The position numbers were made by a program, and so were the translations under genes. The notes under the pieces were generated by a model. That model searched no databases and was not told the DNA's origin. It worked only from the letters and a program-made list of their open reading frames with translations. A stretch of DNA of 63,067 bases, counting the filler, from Rhabdomonas costata (Eukaryota): assembly GCA_019059605.1 (NCBI GenBank). It is 45 parts of 45 records of this genome, joined end to end, with 100 filler letters (N's around TTAATTAATTAA, not from the genome) between each part and the next. Parts side by side here need not be neighbours in the genome. Positions count along the whole stretch, not along the records: positions 23,865 to 25,168 come from JAHMHO010019975.1; positions 25,269 to 26,572 come from JAHMHO010019976.1; positions 26,673 to 27,976 come from JAHMHO010019977.1; positions 28,077 to 29,381 come from JAHMHO010019978.1; positions 29,482 to 30,785 come from JAHMHO010019979.1; positions 30,886 to 32,189 come from JAHMHO010019980.1; positions 32,290 to 33,593 come from JAHMHO010019981.1; positions 33,694 to 34,996 come from JAHMHO010019982.1; 37 more parts are not named here. One strand, written 5' to 3'. Of this stretch, positions 24,839-38,200 are shown piece by piece (position 1 is the first letter of the stretch; the number at the start of each line of letters is the position of its first letter).

Positions 24839-26672
24839 TCACCCCCCACCCCACACACAGACACTATTATCCCTCCTCCATCGGTGAGACTGAGGCGGGG
24901 GTACATCTCTCTCCCTCTCATTATATGCCTGTGTGTTGGAAGTTATGTTTTGTTTTGGGCTTCCTTTGACTCGCCATAGATTCTTCCTCAGTGTGCTGAA
25001 CACTGAAGAATGCGCGTGGGTTTCTCTGGTTTTCTCATCGGAAAAGTCTTGTGCAAAAGGCAGTGCAATTGTTCAGTTTTTTCCGCCGCTTAAGACATTT
25101 GGGGAGGTCCCAGAGGAAGAAAATATCTTATGAGTCCGCCCCCTCAAAAAAAAATCCTATGCTAATCTNNNNNNNNNNNNNNNNNNNNNNNNNNNNNNNN
25201 NNNNNNNNNNNNTTAATTAATTAANNNNNNNNNNNNNNNNNNNNNNNNNNNNNNNNNNNNNNNNNNNNTGTGGTTGAATGATGCTTCTACCTCTAATGGT
25301 GGAATAGCAATGCCCATTTTAAGTGGTGCAGCGGAAGACGCCTGCCAGCTGCCAACCCTGTAACACTGCGGTGTTACCCACCGGCAATTATTGGAAGCAA
25401 AGGTCTGGGCGGTCTTGCATCTCCATTTTTTTTTCCGCAGGTCAAAGCTACCAACATCAGCGTATGTGAAGAGCCTCTTTTCATTCTGCCTATGAACGCG
25501 CGTCCAACCATTGTTTGAACCTTTCCCAGAACCGGAGGGGGTTTCCGGTCGGATGCGTTACGGAGACAAAGCGCCTAATGGAAAATGCCAGCTACTTTGG
25601 AAGCACTGTAACCATTGTACTTGTTACAACTACATTACCAAAGGCCCGGACTACGTAGACGTGCACGGACTCGTAGGCTGTGTTCGCCGGCGGGGGTGTG
25701 TTTTACAGAGATGCAGTCAATGCGGCTCCAGCTGGCTGGCCTCATGTTGGGCGGTCCTGAATTTTTCGTTCCGATTCATCTTGGTGTATTTCTTCATATT
25801 CTGGCATTGATCAAGGCTAATTTCGTTCTTCGGTGATTTATTCCTTACATACTTCCAGATTATCGCCTTGGAGGAAAAACTCGGACACACAAACAACCAC
25901 AACATAAATCCACCCACCCATCGTCACCACATGCATCGCCTCATCTACCTCACCTCCCACCACCCGACCCAGATACCACGCTCCGACCCACCACACCATA
26001 ACCCTCGCACAGAAGTCACCACCAGAGACACCCACTCGTCTAAACACCCAACCCTGGATCCACTCCACCAACTCCACCCATTACCGGACCCAACCACTTG
26101 ACACCCAACACGCAACGTGATCACAAACCCCTCAAAAGACCACGACCTCCGAACCCAAAACGTGACAACCCACACACCACACCCGATTCAACGCAATGCA
26201 ACGCAATCAGCACCTTCCACAAACAGCCCCGTCAACCCAACCGTCCCACAGCCTCGAACTCACACCTCAACCCCAACCCCACACACCAGTCACACAACCA
26301 ACATCCTACGATCAAAACACCCAACACACCAACCAACCCGATTGTCAATACCACAGACCATTCTACCCAACACACGATACCCTACTCCAACCTACTACAA
26401 TCAAAATTACTTGCTTTGTAGAAATGTCCATATGATACACGCAATGGCTGGAAATACTCGTACTGAGGCCGCCGAGGCCGACACACCAATGCAAGGATAC
26501 CAACACAGAAAACTAAAAAACCAACCCTTTTTAAAAAATTCCAAAAGAAATTAAATTCAAAGACAAAACCACNNNNNNNNNNNNNNNNNNNNNNNNNNNN
26601 NNNNNNNNNNNNNNNNTTAATTAATTAANNNNNNNNNNNNNNNNNNNNNNNNNNNNNNNNNNNNNNNNNNNN

Positions 26673-27057
26673 GGTGTTTGTTGCGTTTTTTCAGGAATTG
26701 AAGTGGGGATGAGGGGGTTACCTTTTGAAGAAAAATGGTAGTAGACAAGACAAAACTTTATAAACAAAAAGGATCTTGTAATTCGGCATCGTTGGTCCCC
26801 TCTCCTATGCATATCAAATGGCAACTCAGAACGCTCATGGAAGCATTTGCATTGAAAAGCCGTCCGGGCACCATATTTTTTCGACAAAAGAAGAAGGAAG
26901 TAGAAGAAAGCAGCTCAATGGGTGTTTGTCGCGTTTTTTCAGGAATTGAAGTGGGGATGAGGGGGTTACCTTTTGAAGAAAAATGGTAGTAGACAAGACA
27001 AAACTTTATAAACAAAAAGGATCTTGTAATTCGGCATCGTTGGTCCCCTCTTCTATG
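26673..27057. repeat. Direct repeat of ~137 bp with 248-bp period (26673-26809 and 26921-27057)
   Basis: Two near-identical copies starting GGTGTTTGTYGCGTTTTTTCAGGAATTG. Confidence 0.92.
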
Positions 27058-28351
27058 GAGAGCATCCTTAAAATTTAGATGTAATTTATGCATTGGTGTG
27101 AAAATAATGTCCGGAAAACGCGTTTGTAAATCTGTATACCTGCTTTGGGGAGGGGGAGGTGCCTGGGGAAGCCATTGTGTGTCCTGCGCAACTGAACTCG
27201 GAAGAGCTGGCCCTGTTTACGTCCTTTTTGTACACCCCCTTCTAGTGCTCCCGACCCTCTGTGTCTTTATGCCGCCCTTGTTGCATTGACCTGACCTGAC
27301 CTGTCCTGCCCTGCCCTGCATTGTCTTGCCTCACTGCCCGTTTAATACACGCTCCTGTCTCTCCCAGTCTTCCCACCCCACCACCCCTACCCCTAAACCA
27401 GTGAGACTACACACAGATACTCTAATATAGTAAAACATAAAGAACACAAGAATCAGAATACACGCGTAAGAGAACAAGGGACACAAGACCTGAGACATAC
27501 TCGGGAGTGCAAAGCTGGATGGAAAGGAGCAAGGATCACACAACAAACCCACACAGCAAGACTGAAGACCACCTTTAAAGTCGGCTACAGAGACAGAGAC
27601 GCAACAACCACGAACGCAATCACACTTGAGCAACACCACACACCAGCAAGGACACCAACACACACGACGACATGCAACCTAACCCGCCAAAGCACCACGG
27701 GACACCACGAACCACTCCAGAAGGCCACCCAGACACAAGGCTACCGTTGCAGTAGCATGACAACGTACAAAGACCCCAGTAACCATGCACCAATACCGGC
27801 ACCTAACTTCAGAGCCACTACCATCACCACGCCAGCCCCCAGATCCACAACACCACACGCACCCTACGACATCAAACACCACAGAAGTAACTAAGCCCAG
27901 ATTGCACTACCAACTACACCGATCGAAGCACCGGCCACCTCACCCGTAGAAACCCCCACCCAACCACACCCAACACNNNNNNNNNNNNNNNNNNNNNNNN
28001 NNNNNNNNNNNNNNNNNNNNTTAATTAATTAANNNNNNNNNNNNNNNNNNNNNNNNNNNNNNNNNNNNNNNNNNNNGTTGTTGTGTTGAGATCTGTTGGT
28101 GAATGTGAGCGTTTGTTTTGATCGTTCCGGGACCAGTGACGCCCGCTGCCGCTCTGGTTCGAGGTTTATGTTTGCCATTTGCGTTGTAAGGTCCTGCCTT
28201 TTCTGTCCGTGAGTGTCTTCCGGCACTGTGGGGGTTTTCTTTTAGTGAGACCTCCCGTGCTGTAGTGTGACGTCACGTGACGTGTACACAATATATCCTT
28301 TATGGACCGTGCATTTCCCGGTTCCTCGTGCACTTGCACTTGCGAGGTTTG

Positions 28352-28420
28352 TGTGCTGTGCTGTGCTGTGCTGTGCTGTGCTGTGCTGTGCTGTGCTGTG
28401 CTGTGCTGTGCTGTGCTGTG
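28352..28420. repeat. (GCTGT)n pentanucleotide microsatellite
   Basis: About 13 perfect units; related CTG-core pentamer runs at ~27287-27320 and ~53658-53684. Confidence 0.95.
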
Positions 28421-29600
28421 TTAGTCTTATGGGAACTCTTCGAGCTTTGGAGGAGGGGTAAACGATCCAAGTGCTCGTCGTCTTTTTGTTTCAATGCCCA
28501 GGAAGCTTTCACTGCCACCCCCCGCCTTCCTTTCCTTCTTGTGTTGTCAAAAAACCGTTGAACCCTGTCTCCAGTGTTCTTCCAAGTAATTTCCTTTTTG
28601 TGTGCTGCCGCGATGATTGAATTAATCTTATCTTTTGAGTTGCTGGGTGAGCAGAGTTCGAGACCCTGCATCCTTGTGCAAACCGACGCGCGACCTAACA
28701 TCTGTGGTGTCTGCTGAGCGGAATGCTTATCCGCCTGCAGCGAAACCATTCGTTTCCTGCCGTTCGGCGGGGTTGTGGTTCGACCATGGTCTGTGGATGA
28801 TCTGTGCTGAGTGCTGGGGCAGGGCTTTCCTACTTCCTAGACCAGCGAATTCGGTCATGCTAGTACCAGTCATCTCGGGCACCTTCAATTATTGTACTGC
28901 TTAAATTTCATAACCTCAGGGTCTTCCTTTTCTGGCCCCTGGGCACGTCAAAGGCCAGACTAGGTCAACAAGTCGTCTTAATTTTGGGGGGAAAACCCCT
29001 TTAAAGTCGATCACTGCGCGAGAAAAAATCGTTCTGTTTCTTTTTCAATGCACTGTTGCGCGAATATCTGTATCCAATAGCCGTGCTGTTCAAGTGCAGC
29101 ATTTAACCAATATCACTTGCGCCCCTCTCGTACTCTATACTCTCCCTTTAAGGTGACGGGGGACAATATATATACACCACAGGCTGTCTCACCTTTAGAG
29201 GTTATGGCAGTTTGTGCTCAGTATCTCGGAGCTTCGCGTCGCGCGGATGCCGGATTAGGTATTCGAACCAGGCAGCGCTGATTCTTGCATTCGGCCTTTT
29301 CACAGACTATGTTGTTGGGTCTGGGAAATTGCGACGTCAGAAAAATGACGCTTTGGCACTCTGGCTCTTGACGATCATTTTNNNNNNNNNNNNNNNNNNN
29401 NNNNNNNNNNNNNNNNNNNNNNNNNTTAATTAATTAANNNNNNNNNNNNNNNNNNNNNNNNNNNNNNNNNNNNNNNNNNNNGTTTTTGGGGACGGTAGGA
29501 GGCCGATGCACACAGTGCATTTTTTGGGCTTCCAGTCGCTACAGCAGGAATGCGCAGCTCTCGCCTTCTCGCTCTACAGTTGGGGGTGGGACTGGCGTAC

Positions 29601-29759
29601 CTCATGGTCGCCGTGCCATTCGCACCAGTACAGCATGAGGTTCTCGTCGGGCAGTCCGCAGTCGTCGGGGATCTCCGGGGGCTCCGCATCGGAGCCCGTC
29701 GAGGAGGCCGCGGCGGCGCTGCTCCTGCTGCTACTGCTGGCAACCCCCACAGCTGCCAT
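29601..29759 (-). CDS. First exon of an unknown protein
   Basis: Pyrimidine tract + AAG just upstream of ATG; MAAVGVASSS...DENLMLYWCEWHGDHE then donor GAG|GTACG. Confidence 0.45.
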
Positions 29760-30885
29760 TTCGGAGCTTTCACAGAACAAGCACAAAGAAGAAGAAGAAT
29801 AGCGAACCAGTCCACACTGTTAAAGAGAAGGCAGCAGTAGAGAACCGAAAGGAATACAACGAGATACAACCAGGCAAACACAGAGAAGGGCTCGTCGAGC
29901 TGGGACACACTTGGTGCACTTAGCAGGGATGAATTTTTCTGGGACTCAAGGTCCACGAGTTGGGACACACACACACACACACACACGGACACATCTCGGA
30001 AAATCTTTGGAGAGAGTTCCCCGAAAACCCCACTGACGACCTTTTCCCACATTGTCATGGGCTACGCACGCTTTCCTCAGGCCCAGCGGTGCAACCTCCC
30101 TCCTCTCCTCAGAAAACCAAGTGAGGCAAGCAATTTCCCCAACCTTCAAATGCAGCCCGCCGTAGCGCGAGGTATTCCCATAATACTAGTGCACTTGACC
30201 ATTTACGACAGCTAAGACTTTTGTTGAACCATGAGACTGTTCCTGCTGAGTGTGTCATTTTATTGTCCACTCATTTCAAAAGTGAGAAAGTTCAATAGTG
30301 CTTATCGAAAGCACCTCTTCGGACTTGATGATGACAAAATAGAGGAAAAATTGAACTGAAATGTCCATGTTTGGTTGTTTCAAAGTTTATTCATTGGATA
30401 AAAAATTGTCACTTTCCATGCGAAGTGGGTCATTTCCCATAATGATGAGCCACGAAGGCTGCCCCCTTCCCCAGCCTTTTCCTTCACAGTCGCTTTCGTA
30501 CCCACATCAAACCGTCTTACTGCACAGAGAAAACGAGTACTGATGTACACCGACACCGCCAAGCGCTCACCCCTCCTCCGCACCGGGTTGTACCTTGGGG
30601 GAACCCCTCCGAAATTGGAGAATCAAAATGTCCCGCAAAGCGGTGCGCGTGGGTTGGAGCGCTCTATTGATCTATTTTTTTTTACAGAAGCAGAAAGGGG
30701 GGTGTCCCCTAACTTTGAGCGAGAAAAAACACATCCACGAAACAACACTTACAGGCAGGGAGAGGGGATCCTCCCATTCCGGGCANNNNNNNNNNNNNNN
30801 NNNNNNNNNNNNNNNNNNNNNNNNNNNNNTTAATTAATTAANNNNNNNNNNNNNNNNNNNNNNNNNNNNNNNNNNNNNNNNNNNN

Positions 30886-31406
30886 GGTGTGGTGGAGATC
30901 AACGAAAGCATGTTCGCGAAGAGGAAGAACCATGCTGGACGAGTCCTACCACCACAGTGGGTCTTCGGTGGCATCTGCCGACAAACTGGATACTGGACTG
31001 CTTTCTATACTGCGTTCCAGACAGGTCCGTGTTGAATCCTCCGTAACCCTAACCCCAACCGTAACCCTAACCCCAACTCACCCAAGTCAAGTGACACCGT
31101 GTTTCGTCTCTCAGGTCAGCGGCGGCGCTGATGAACGCCATGAAAGACAGCATTGCCGACGGGTCAATTATCAACTTGGACTCCTGGAAGGGCTACCAGA
31201 GCAAGGAGCTGAAGAAGGCCCACTTTGACCACTTCAAGGTCAATCAGCGGTACAACTTTGTGGACCCTGAGACCGGAGTGCACCCGCAGACCATCGAAAG
31301 GATGAGGGGATCGGCTAAGTGGAGGAACAAAAAGCAGATGGGTACAAAGCGAGATTATCTAGACATCTATTTTGCGGAATTCATGTGTCGCGTACGTTTC
31401 AAGTAG
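30886..31406 (+). mobile_element. Merlin/IS1595-family DDE transposase, 5'-truncated and probably inactive, with a spliceosomal intron at 31025-31114
   Basis: VVEINESMFAKRKNHAGRVLPPQWVFGGICRQTG/DCFLYCVPDR|SAAALM...IINLDSWKGY...HFKVNQRYNFVDPETGVHPQTIERM...YFAEFMCR; first catalytic Asp reads Asn; net 5-nt insertion near 30991. Confidence 0.9.
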
Positions 31407-32940
31407 TTCCAGAAAAAGGAGGGAGGCATCTTCAAATGGGTTCTCAAGTTGCTTGCTTCTTTTCTACCTTCCCTCCAGAGACTGTCTTTTGACCATGGCT
31501 GTGTGCTCCGTACCGTACTGGTTGACAGTTTGTGGGTTTTCTTTATCGTACAAGCTTCTTTCTATATACGTCCTAGGACCTTGGTCCGCTGCGGCCCAAG
31601 ACATCCTGGTTAATCAGCTGGGGGGCAGTCAACAGGAATGAACCGGTAACCACAACTGGGATTCAAAACTTTGGGATGGAATATGCGGAGCTGTTGTTCC
31701 GATGCGTTCCAATGGATTCCAAATTTCTTCGATCGGCTTATTATTGTCCTGGTCTCGCATGCCAAACGCCTGGATCGTGACTGAAGGGTGACACAGGATG
31801 CAGACTCAAGCAGATGCAAGCGGAGAATACGTAACACACATCCATTGCCGTTCCCTGTTCTCCGAATGAAGTCATTTTTGGCCGGGGGGAAGACGGGGAC
31901 GGTTCTTGCGCAGTAAAGCAGCGGCGACCAGCCTGATGTCCTCCGACATCGAGGAGCCCAACACACGCTTCACTACCGCTGGTAGGGCATCCTCGGAGGA
32001 GGTGCCAAACACGTTGAACACGGGCGATAACCAGCGGATGTAACAGCCCTCCACATGGGCCGGCCGATGCTGTCTCTGCCAAGAGAACATAATGGCGTTA
32101 CCGATACCGCAAAAATGGACCCGCTGGATTGCGAGGAGGCTCGACCTCGACCTCGAGGAAAGGAATCAAGATCCAAGGGGGGGGGGTCCNNNNNNNNNNN
32201 NNNNNNNNNNNNNNNNNNNNNNNNNNNNNNNNNTTAATTAATTAANNNNNNNNNNNNNNNNNNNNNNNNNNNNNNNNNNNNNNNNNNNNTTGGTGTGGTT
32301 GGTAGTTACATGAGCGCATGGTTATCATCACCATTAACGCCTCAATCTTGGCTTACTCTTTAACCTAGTATGATGAATGTATGGTGAGGTAACAACTGGA
32401 TCTGCCACTCTCACTATATCACTAAATTGTAGTTCGTTCCATTAATGGTCCTCTATCCTCAGCATCAAAGTCACCTTTTGTTTATTGTGGTTGGTTAATT
32501 GTGGAATCTTGGAATATTGTGGTGTGTAGCTTAACTGCAAATGCGGGGATGATGCATTAGCGTCACTTTGGCATCTGTTCATAACTTGCACCTGTCCATC
32601 TCACCCACCACAAGCACCACGGTTGACATCAACAGCAACGTTTATGCTCGGATAATGTGGGCTGAGCAGTGAAGACATTGCACCACAAATAACCGTCACC
32701 ACTTCACATCAGCCACCAACATCGGATGCATGAATAGGGTGGTACAAATTTAGTGATGATAGCTGTGCACTAACAGCACCGGTTATTGCATCACATCACC
32801 CAGTATGCCTCAAGTGTGGGTTGTGTTGAGTTATTTTCAACTGTGGTGAGTTTAAGTGGCTTAGTCACAGGTCAACATTGGGTCACCTACCCAGCACTGA
32901 TTGCGCATCACGTGTTGGTTCATGTTCACCACTGGAGGTC

Positions 32941-33565
32941 ACATATAGGGTGCCGATCTCGGAAACTTTCCCCCGCAGAAAAGAACTACACGTTTCATGA
33001 AAAAAATGCTAGCCTTGGTGGATTCTCTAGAAGCATGGCGTCATTACCTACTAGGTGCCGAAGTGCACGTCTATACCGACAACTCCGCACTCAGGTCTCA
33101 GGTACCTACAAAAAAGCCCCCGCCATGCACCCAGACAAATCAGATGGCTAGAAAAACTACAGGCGTTCTCGCTCAATATCACCCACATACCGGGAGACTT
33201 AAATCAGCCGCTGATGCGCTGTCGCGAGAACCGATGGATGAGCCGGCGCTATATAGTGCTCTGATCGCAGAAGCAATTAAAAAGCCAAAGCCCATCTACT
33301 TTGATGGTCCTCTCTCTAGCGCCCAGAATTGCGTAAATCATTCAAAAGTACCACGATTCACCTGCAGCTGGACATTGGGGAATTCACCGGACCGTAGCCA
33401 TAAGCAAACGTCGCTACACCTTTCCCACATCAAGCGAAGCGTCCGCGACTATGTCAAAACGTGCCACCAGTATCAACTAAGTGAGGAAGAGCACCATCTA
33501 CCGCGTTGTCTACTGGAAGCGCTAAAGATTCCTAAACGAAAATGGCAGTCTGTCTCAATGGACTG
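32941..33565 (+). mobile_element. Ty3/gypsy LTR retrotransposon pol relic (RNase H and start of integrase)
   Basis: SRKLSPAEKNY..HEK.MLALVDSLEAWRHYLLG..VHVYTDNSALRYL...RQIRWLEKLQ.F...ITHIPG...AADALSR, then VRDYVKTCHQYQ...IPKRKWQSVSMDW; several frameshifts. Confidence 0.9.
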
Positions 33566-36500
33566 GACAAAAGTTGATGAGTGCCAACCACAANNNNNNN
33601 NNNNNNNNNNNNNNNNNNNNNNNNNNNNNNNNNNNNNTTAATTAATTAANNNNNNNNNNNNNNNNNNNNNNNNNNNNNNNNNNNNNNNNNNNNGAATAGT
33701 ACTCTAAACGTGCCAATCGGGGTTCCCAAGGCCCCGCGTACACCCACGTTCATACGTCCCGAGGGGGACACGAACCCTGTGAGGCAGGAGGCGAGAAGGG
33801 GGTGAGGCCCGATGGACCCATGCCCCATCGAGGATGGGGAGCCCAGGGTAGAAGAAAAACGCGAGTCTTCCCCAAAAAAGTCGTCCCGGCCAAGTGCACA
33901 AAGTGTGTGTGTGTGTGGGGGGGGGTGGATGTATGTGTATGTTTTGGTCGTCAGGTATTCGGACGGACTTCGCAAGCTGCGTGTTGGCATCCTTCAGGAC
34001 TTCTGGAGTCATGCCATGGGAATCATGCCATGACATGGGAATCACTCGCAGCGGCGACAACGAGGACAGTCGCGAGAAGGCCCCAGCGGGATGAAATTGC
34101 ATCAGCCCATTGACTTTCCCCCCCTCTCTGCGTCACTCTTGAGCTTGTGCTTATATGTATAGATGTTTGTATGTGTGCGGGGGGGGGATCACAGGTGACT
34201 TTATGGTGCTTTACAATTATTTTTCTGAGTGCTTTCGCCCCCTGTTTTGTTTTACCTTTTGAGGGCTAACTGTGCCAAGTGTCTTCTCAAGGCCCCCTTT
34301 GCGAATGTACTACGAAGCGAAGCCCGTTGTGCACGACCCATACCCCATAAGCGGTCTGCGCGTATGTGTGTGTGTGTGTGTGCAGATGTGCAGTGTTGGT
34401 GAATGGTCTTGTGCCCCCGAATGAGCTTTGATAGTTTATGTTCCATGTTCCATGTTCAGGGGGGTGAAGTGACGAGCAGTTGGTTTGCCAGCGCAGAGAA
34501 TTTGGGATCTATCAAACCACAGTGTAATTGAGCTCTCTCATGTTGCCCCCTTCAAAAAAATTTCGAATGCAACCCCAAATCTTGTGCGAGAAGTGAATGC
34601 GTGTGTATGCATGTGTGGGCGATTCTTTCCAACTGGTTGTGTTTGTATTCCATTCCGTTTTTGCACTTGCACAGGTGCGGCCCTTCCAGCACAAGCCGGG
34701 TCAAACCGCCCTTTGAGGTATCTCACTCCCTAGAAACGGTGCCTTGGGCTTCACTTTCCCCTCCTGTTGAGCATGTCTCCAACCCATCTATTTTTCATAC
34801 AGTCGTGAGGGTGGGTGTTGGTTCCCGACTGCCAGCCAAATATGGGTTGCCAGCATATATCGCTTATCTCGCGCATTCGGCCAAAGTATACAAAAACGAT
34901 TCTCTCCGTCCAAGTGCGTGGGTTGCCCTGTCGCCTCCTCCACAGCATGGAGAATCCCCCACATAGTCCCACCTTCCCCGATGGTCCCCACCCAACNNNN
35001 NNNNNNNNNNNNNNNNNNNNNNNNNNNNNNNNNNNNNNNNTTAATTAATTAANNNNNNNNNNNNNNNNNNNNNNNNNNNNNNNNNNNNNNNNNNNNGTTT
35101 TGGGGTTCGGTCTATTTGGAAGGGTGTTAGGGTTAGGAGGGCGTTCAGTGCCGTGCAACGCCCTCATCGCCGTATTAACCCGTTATGCCATATAACGGGT
35201 TTATGCCGTGGAACCCAAGAAAACGGGAGCACGGGTCGTTTCAGGCGCTTCCCATCTGCAATGCCGTTGTCGTTGTCGTGCGCTTATGGACAACAATGGT
35301 TCTTTACACTTTTTGAAACGATTGTTCCGTTTTGGCGAAGGCCTGATTTCCAAATTCACGCAGACACCCTCGCGTTTCTGTACTCTACCCCCTACACCAA
35401 AGGCAACCGCCACTCTTCGGGAGAACCCAAAATTGCGAGAACACCTCCTCCTTTGCGACTCGACGAACCGGTTCTTCCACTTCTTCCACTCCGTGAAGGT
35501 TAGCGGAGGGGAGGGGAGGGGAGGGATGACACGAACGTGTAGCCCTGTATTCGGGTGAGCATGTTGTCAGGGTTGACGGTAAAGCCACCGCGGGCATAGC
35601 CTGCGATTCGGTAGAAATCCTCCCTCAGGTACGCCCACTTCTCATCCACGGCCGAGCATTCTGCGGACACGCAGACACAACAATATCAGCGGTTGGCACA
35701 CTTGGAGCACCGCCGATGTGCCAAAAAAAACACGAAACCACCCAGATTCACCACAACTGCTAATCGGCCGCCGAAAAAAATGCAGAAGCCCGCCCAAGGT
35801 AGCCCAACATCCACCATCCGCATTAGGAGCTCTCAGCGTTCCTGAATCCTGTGCTCTGTAATGTCTGTAATGGTGTCAATAAATTCTACTAGATGGAAAA
35901 AGGAGCATCCTTTTCCTCACCCCAGACTTTTGCACACAACCTATCACGCTGGATGGGATTAAAGGGGGTGGTGGGTCTAAAAGCAACTGGACTGGGGAGG
36001 GGAGGTAATCGTCAACAGGGTAATTAGAATTGATCTAATGTGTGGTGTCATTCATCTCAAAATGAAAATTGTAATGCCAGCGTGCACGTCTCATGCACCA
36101 TGACTTTCATCACGGCGTTCAACACTTGTATTGGACAATTGGCGGTTAGTGCAATTGGGCGGTCTTTTGAAGGATTGCAGGGAGTTGGTAAGGTTGGTTA
36201 GCATCCACATGCCAGCTAGTCATCCACATTTCCTCTCAGCCACCCCAACATCGCGCAGGTTACCTTCTTTTCAAATGCAAATCCTCCAACCCAGGTAAAC
36301 CATCTTACGGAGCTGCCAATCACTTTACAAGCACTTGCACTGCTTCAGTAGCTTCCAGGAGTTGAGATGCGCCAAACCAGGGCGTTTATACAAACACAAA
36401 NNNNNNNNNNNNNNNNNNNNNNNNNNNNNNNNNNNNNNNNNNNNTTAATTAATTAANNNNNNNNNNNNNNNNNNNNNNNNNNNNNNNNNNNNNNNNNNNN

Positions 36501-36640
36501 GTGGTGGGTGTGTTTGGGTGGTGGTGGTTCACCGGGGTGGTGCACCGCTGCTGGTGCTGCAGCACAGGGGTGGCCGAGCGCTGAGCCCGGCTGGGGGTGG
36601 ACCGCAGCGAGGCCGCGAAAGAAGAGGAGGAGCTCGCCAT
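36501..36640 (-). CDS. Probable N-terminal or internal exon of a low-complexity S/T/P/H-rich protein
   Basis: Very high GC3 frame MASSSSSFAASLRSTPSRAQRSATPVLQHQQ, running off the contig. Confidence 0.4.
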
Positions 36641-37924
36641 CGGCGAGAAACCAGCACAAAACAGGTTGGGGTGCCCTAAAGCCGCAGGGCAGGGTGAAGT
36701 GACCGTACACGGGAGGGAACGCAGGGGCGTAGACAGAAACAGCGGCACCAAAGAAACGGAAAATGAACACCTGTGCGAAGAACCAGACCTTGAGCCAGAT
36801 CTTAAAGGCAGTTGCAAACGCCATTGCTCAAACGCGGTTATTGCCAAACAAAGCGCGTGTGTGAGCAGAGAGACAGAGAGGGGGAAGTGCATCCAGAGCT
36901 CCTCCTACCGGACACGACAGGAGAGTCCACCACAGGTTTCCTTCGGAACTCTTCTCCATGCTCCCAATTGAAACGGAATCATCACACAAAAAGGCTTTCT
37001 AGGGTTTTGGCGAGGGAAGGGGCCAAGTTCGCACCCATGGGAAGGGAGGGCACAAAAAAAGGAAAGCATGTGTTGGTGGAATGCGCACGGGAGCAAATGG
37101 TTGGGCAGAGGGGAGGGAAGCAAACGGCAGTCCTTCATCAATCATGGGGGCCACGGTCACAAAAGTATTCAAGCTATGGTATGGTGTGTAACAGCAAAAG
37201 AAACCTGAGGGATGAATCCAAAAAAGAAACGGGGAACAAAAAACAAATCGTTCGGCAGATGAGTGCCGACAAAAAGCTCGGGATTCGCCACACGGCCTGA
37301 GAATTGGATGTGGGCAGGCAGGCGAATTGCAGGTCCAGAAGTCCGGGCATTGCACCCACCCACGCACCACAGCTCGAAAGTCCACGCGCGGCAGCAGCAG
37401 CGCCCGGTGCAGTGCAGGGCGACTGGATGCAAAAAAGTCGAGCAACGCGGAAGAACAAAGCAAAAGCAGCTACTAAGCCATGAGGACGCAGCATTTCGGA
37501 GTGGAAAAAAGCACAAAAACGAGAATCACGTGTGACGCCCGAAGCTACGGCAGGAACTTCCCGCCAAAAGCAACACAAAACAATCTGCACACGAGCAGGG
37601 GAAAGAACAACACAGTAGCCAGTCAGAAGGGGGCTGAGGGAAAGCACACCAATGTTTTGACCTGAGAGCGGAGAACGTGAACGGAGCATCTAGGCTTGGC
37701 CCTGTGGCAGTTCGGGCAGTTCCTTTTCACCATGTTCGATACCACAGGTTTGGTGAGGCATTAATGGCGCTAGGAAAAGCACACAAAAAAAGGTAACCCA
37801 CAAANNNNNNNNNNNNNNNNNNNNNNNNNNNNNNNNNNNNNNNNNNNNTTAATTAATTAANNNNNNNNNNNNNNNNNNNNNNNNNNNNNNNNNNNNNNNN
37901 NNNNGTTGGTGGGTGGGGAAGCAG

Positions 37925-38200
37925 GACCAGAGACATCGCAGTTTCATCCTCCGTCTCGAGGCCGGAGCTGACACTGACGCCGTCGCTGTCAGCGCTGTGA
38001 GGGGTGCCGCAAGGGCTCTCCGCGAGAAGGCTGGCAAGCTGGATCAGCGCGTGCTGAGGCGGAGTCCCATTCCCCGCTTGGCTAGGCGCTGAGAGAAGGC
38101 TGGCCAGAAAGACCAAGCAAGACCAGAGGGTTCACAGGCGCAGTCTCATCATCCGTCTCGAGGCCGGAGCTGACGGTGGTGTCGCTGCTGTCAGCACCAC
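37925..38200. repeat. Diverged direct repeat with ~202-bp period
   Basis: CGCAGTYTCATCMTCCGTCTCGAGGCCGGAGCTGAC at 37937 and 38139; GAGAAGGCTGGC also occurs twice. Confidence 0.7.

Noticed and set aside
32290-32930. Second gypsy RNase H on the minus strand (KLTTVENNSTQPTLEA)
   Set aside because: A single weak motif among many stops; cannot be supported by eye.
33955-34050. SPINDLY/OGT-like motif (RKLRVGILQDFWSHAMG)
   Set aside because: Too short, and immediately disrupted by a local duplication and a stop.
34220-34245. Spliced-leader relic (TTTCTGAGTG)
   Set aside because: The match to the Euglena-type leader stops after ~10 nt, which is expected by chance.
35403-35628. Another CG-acceptor intron (TATTCG|GGTGAG)
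   Set aside because: The reading frame of the upstream exon is ambiguous and canonical AG solutions exist.
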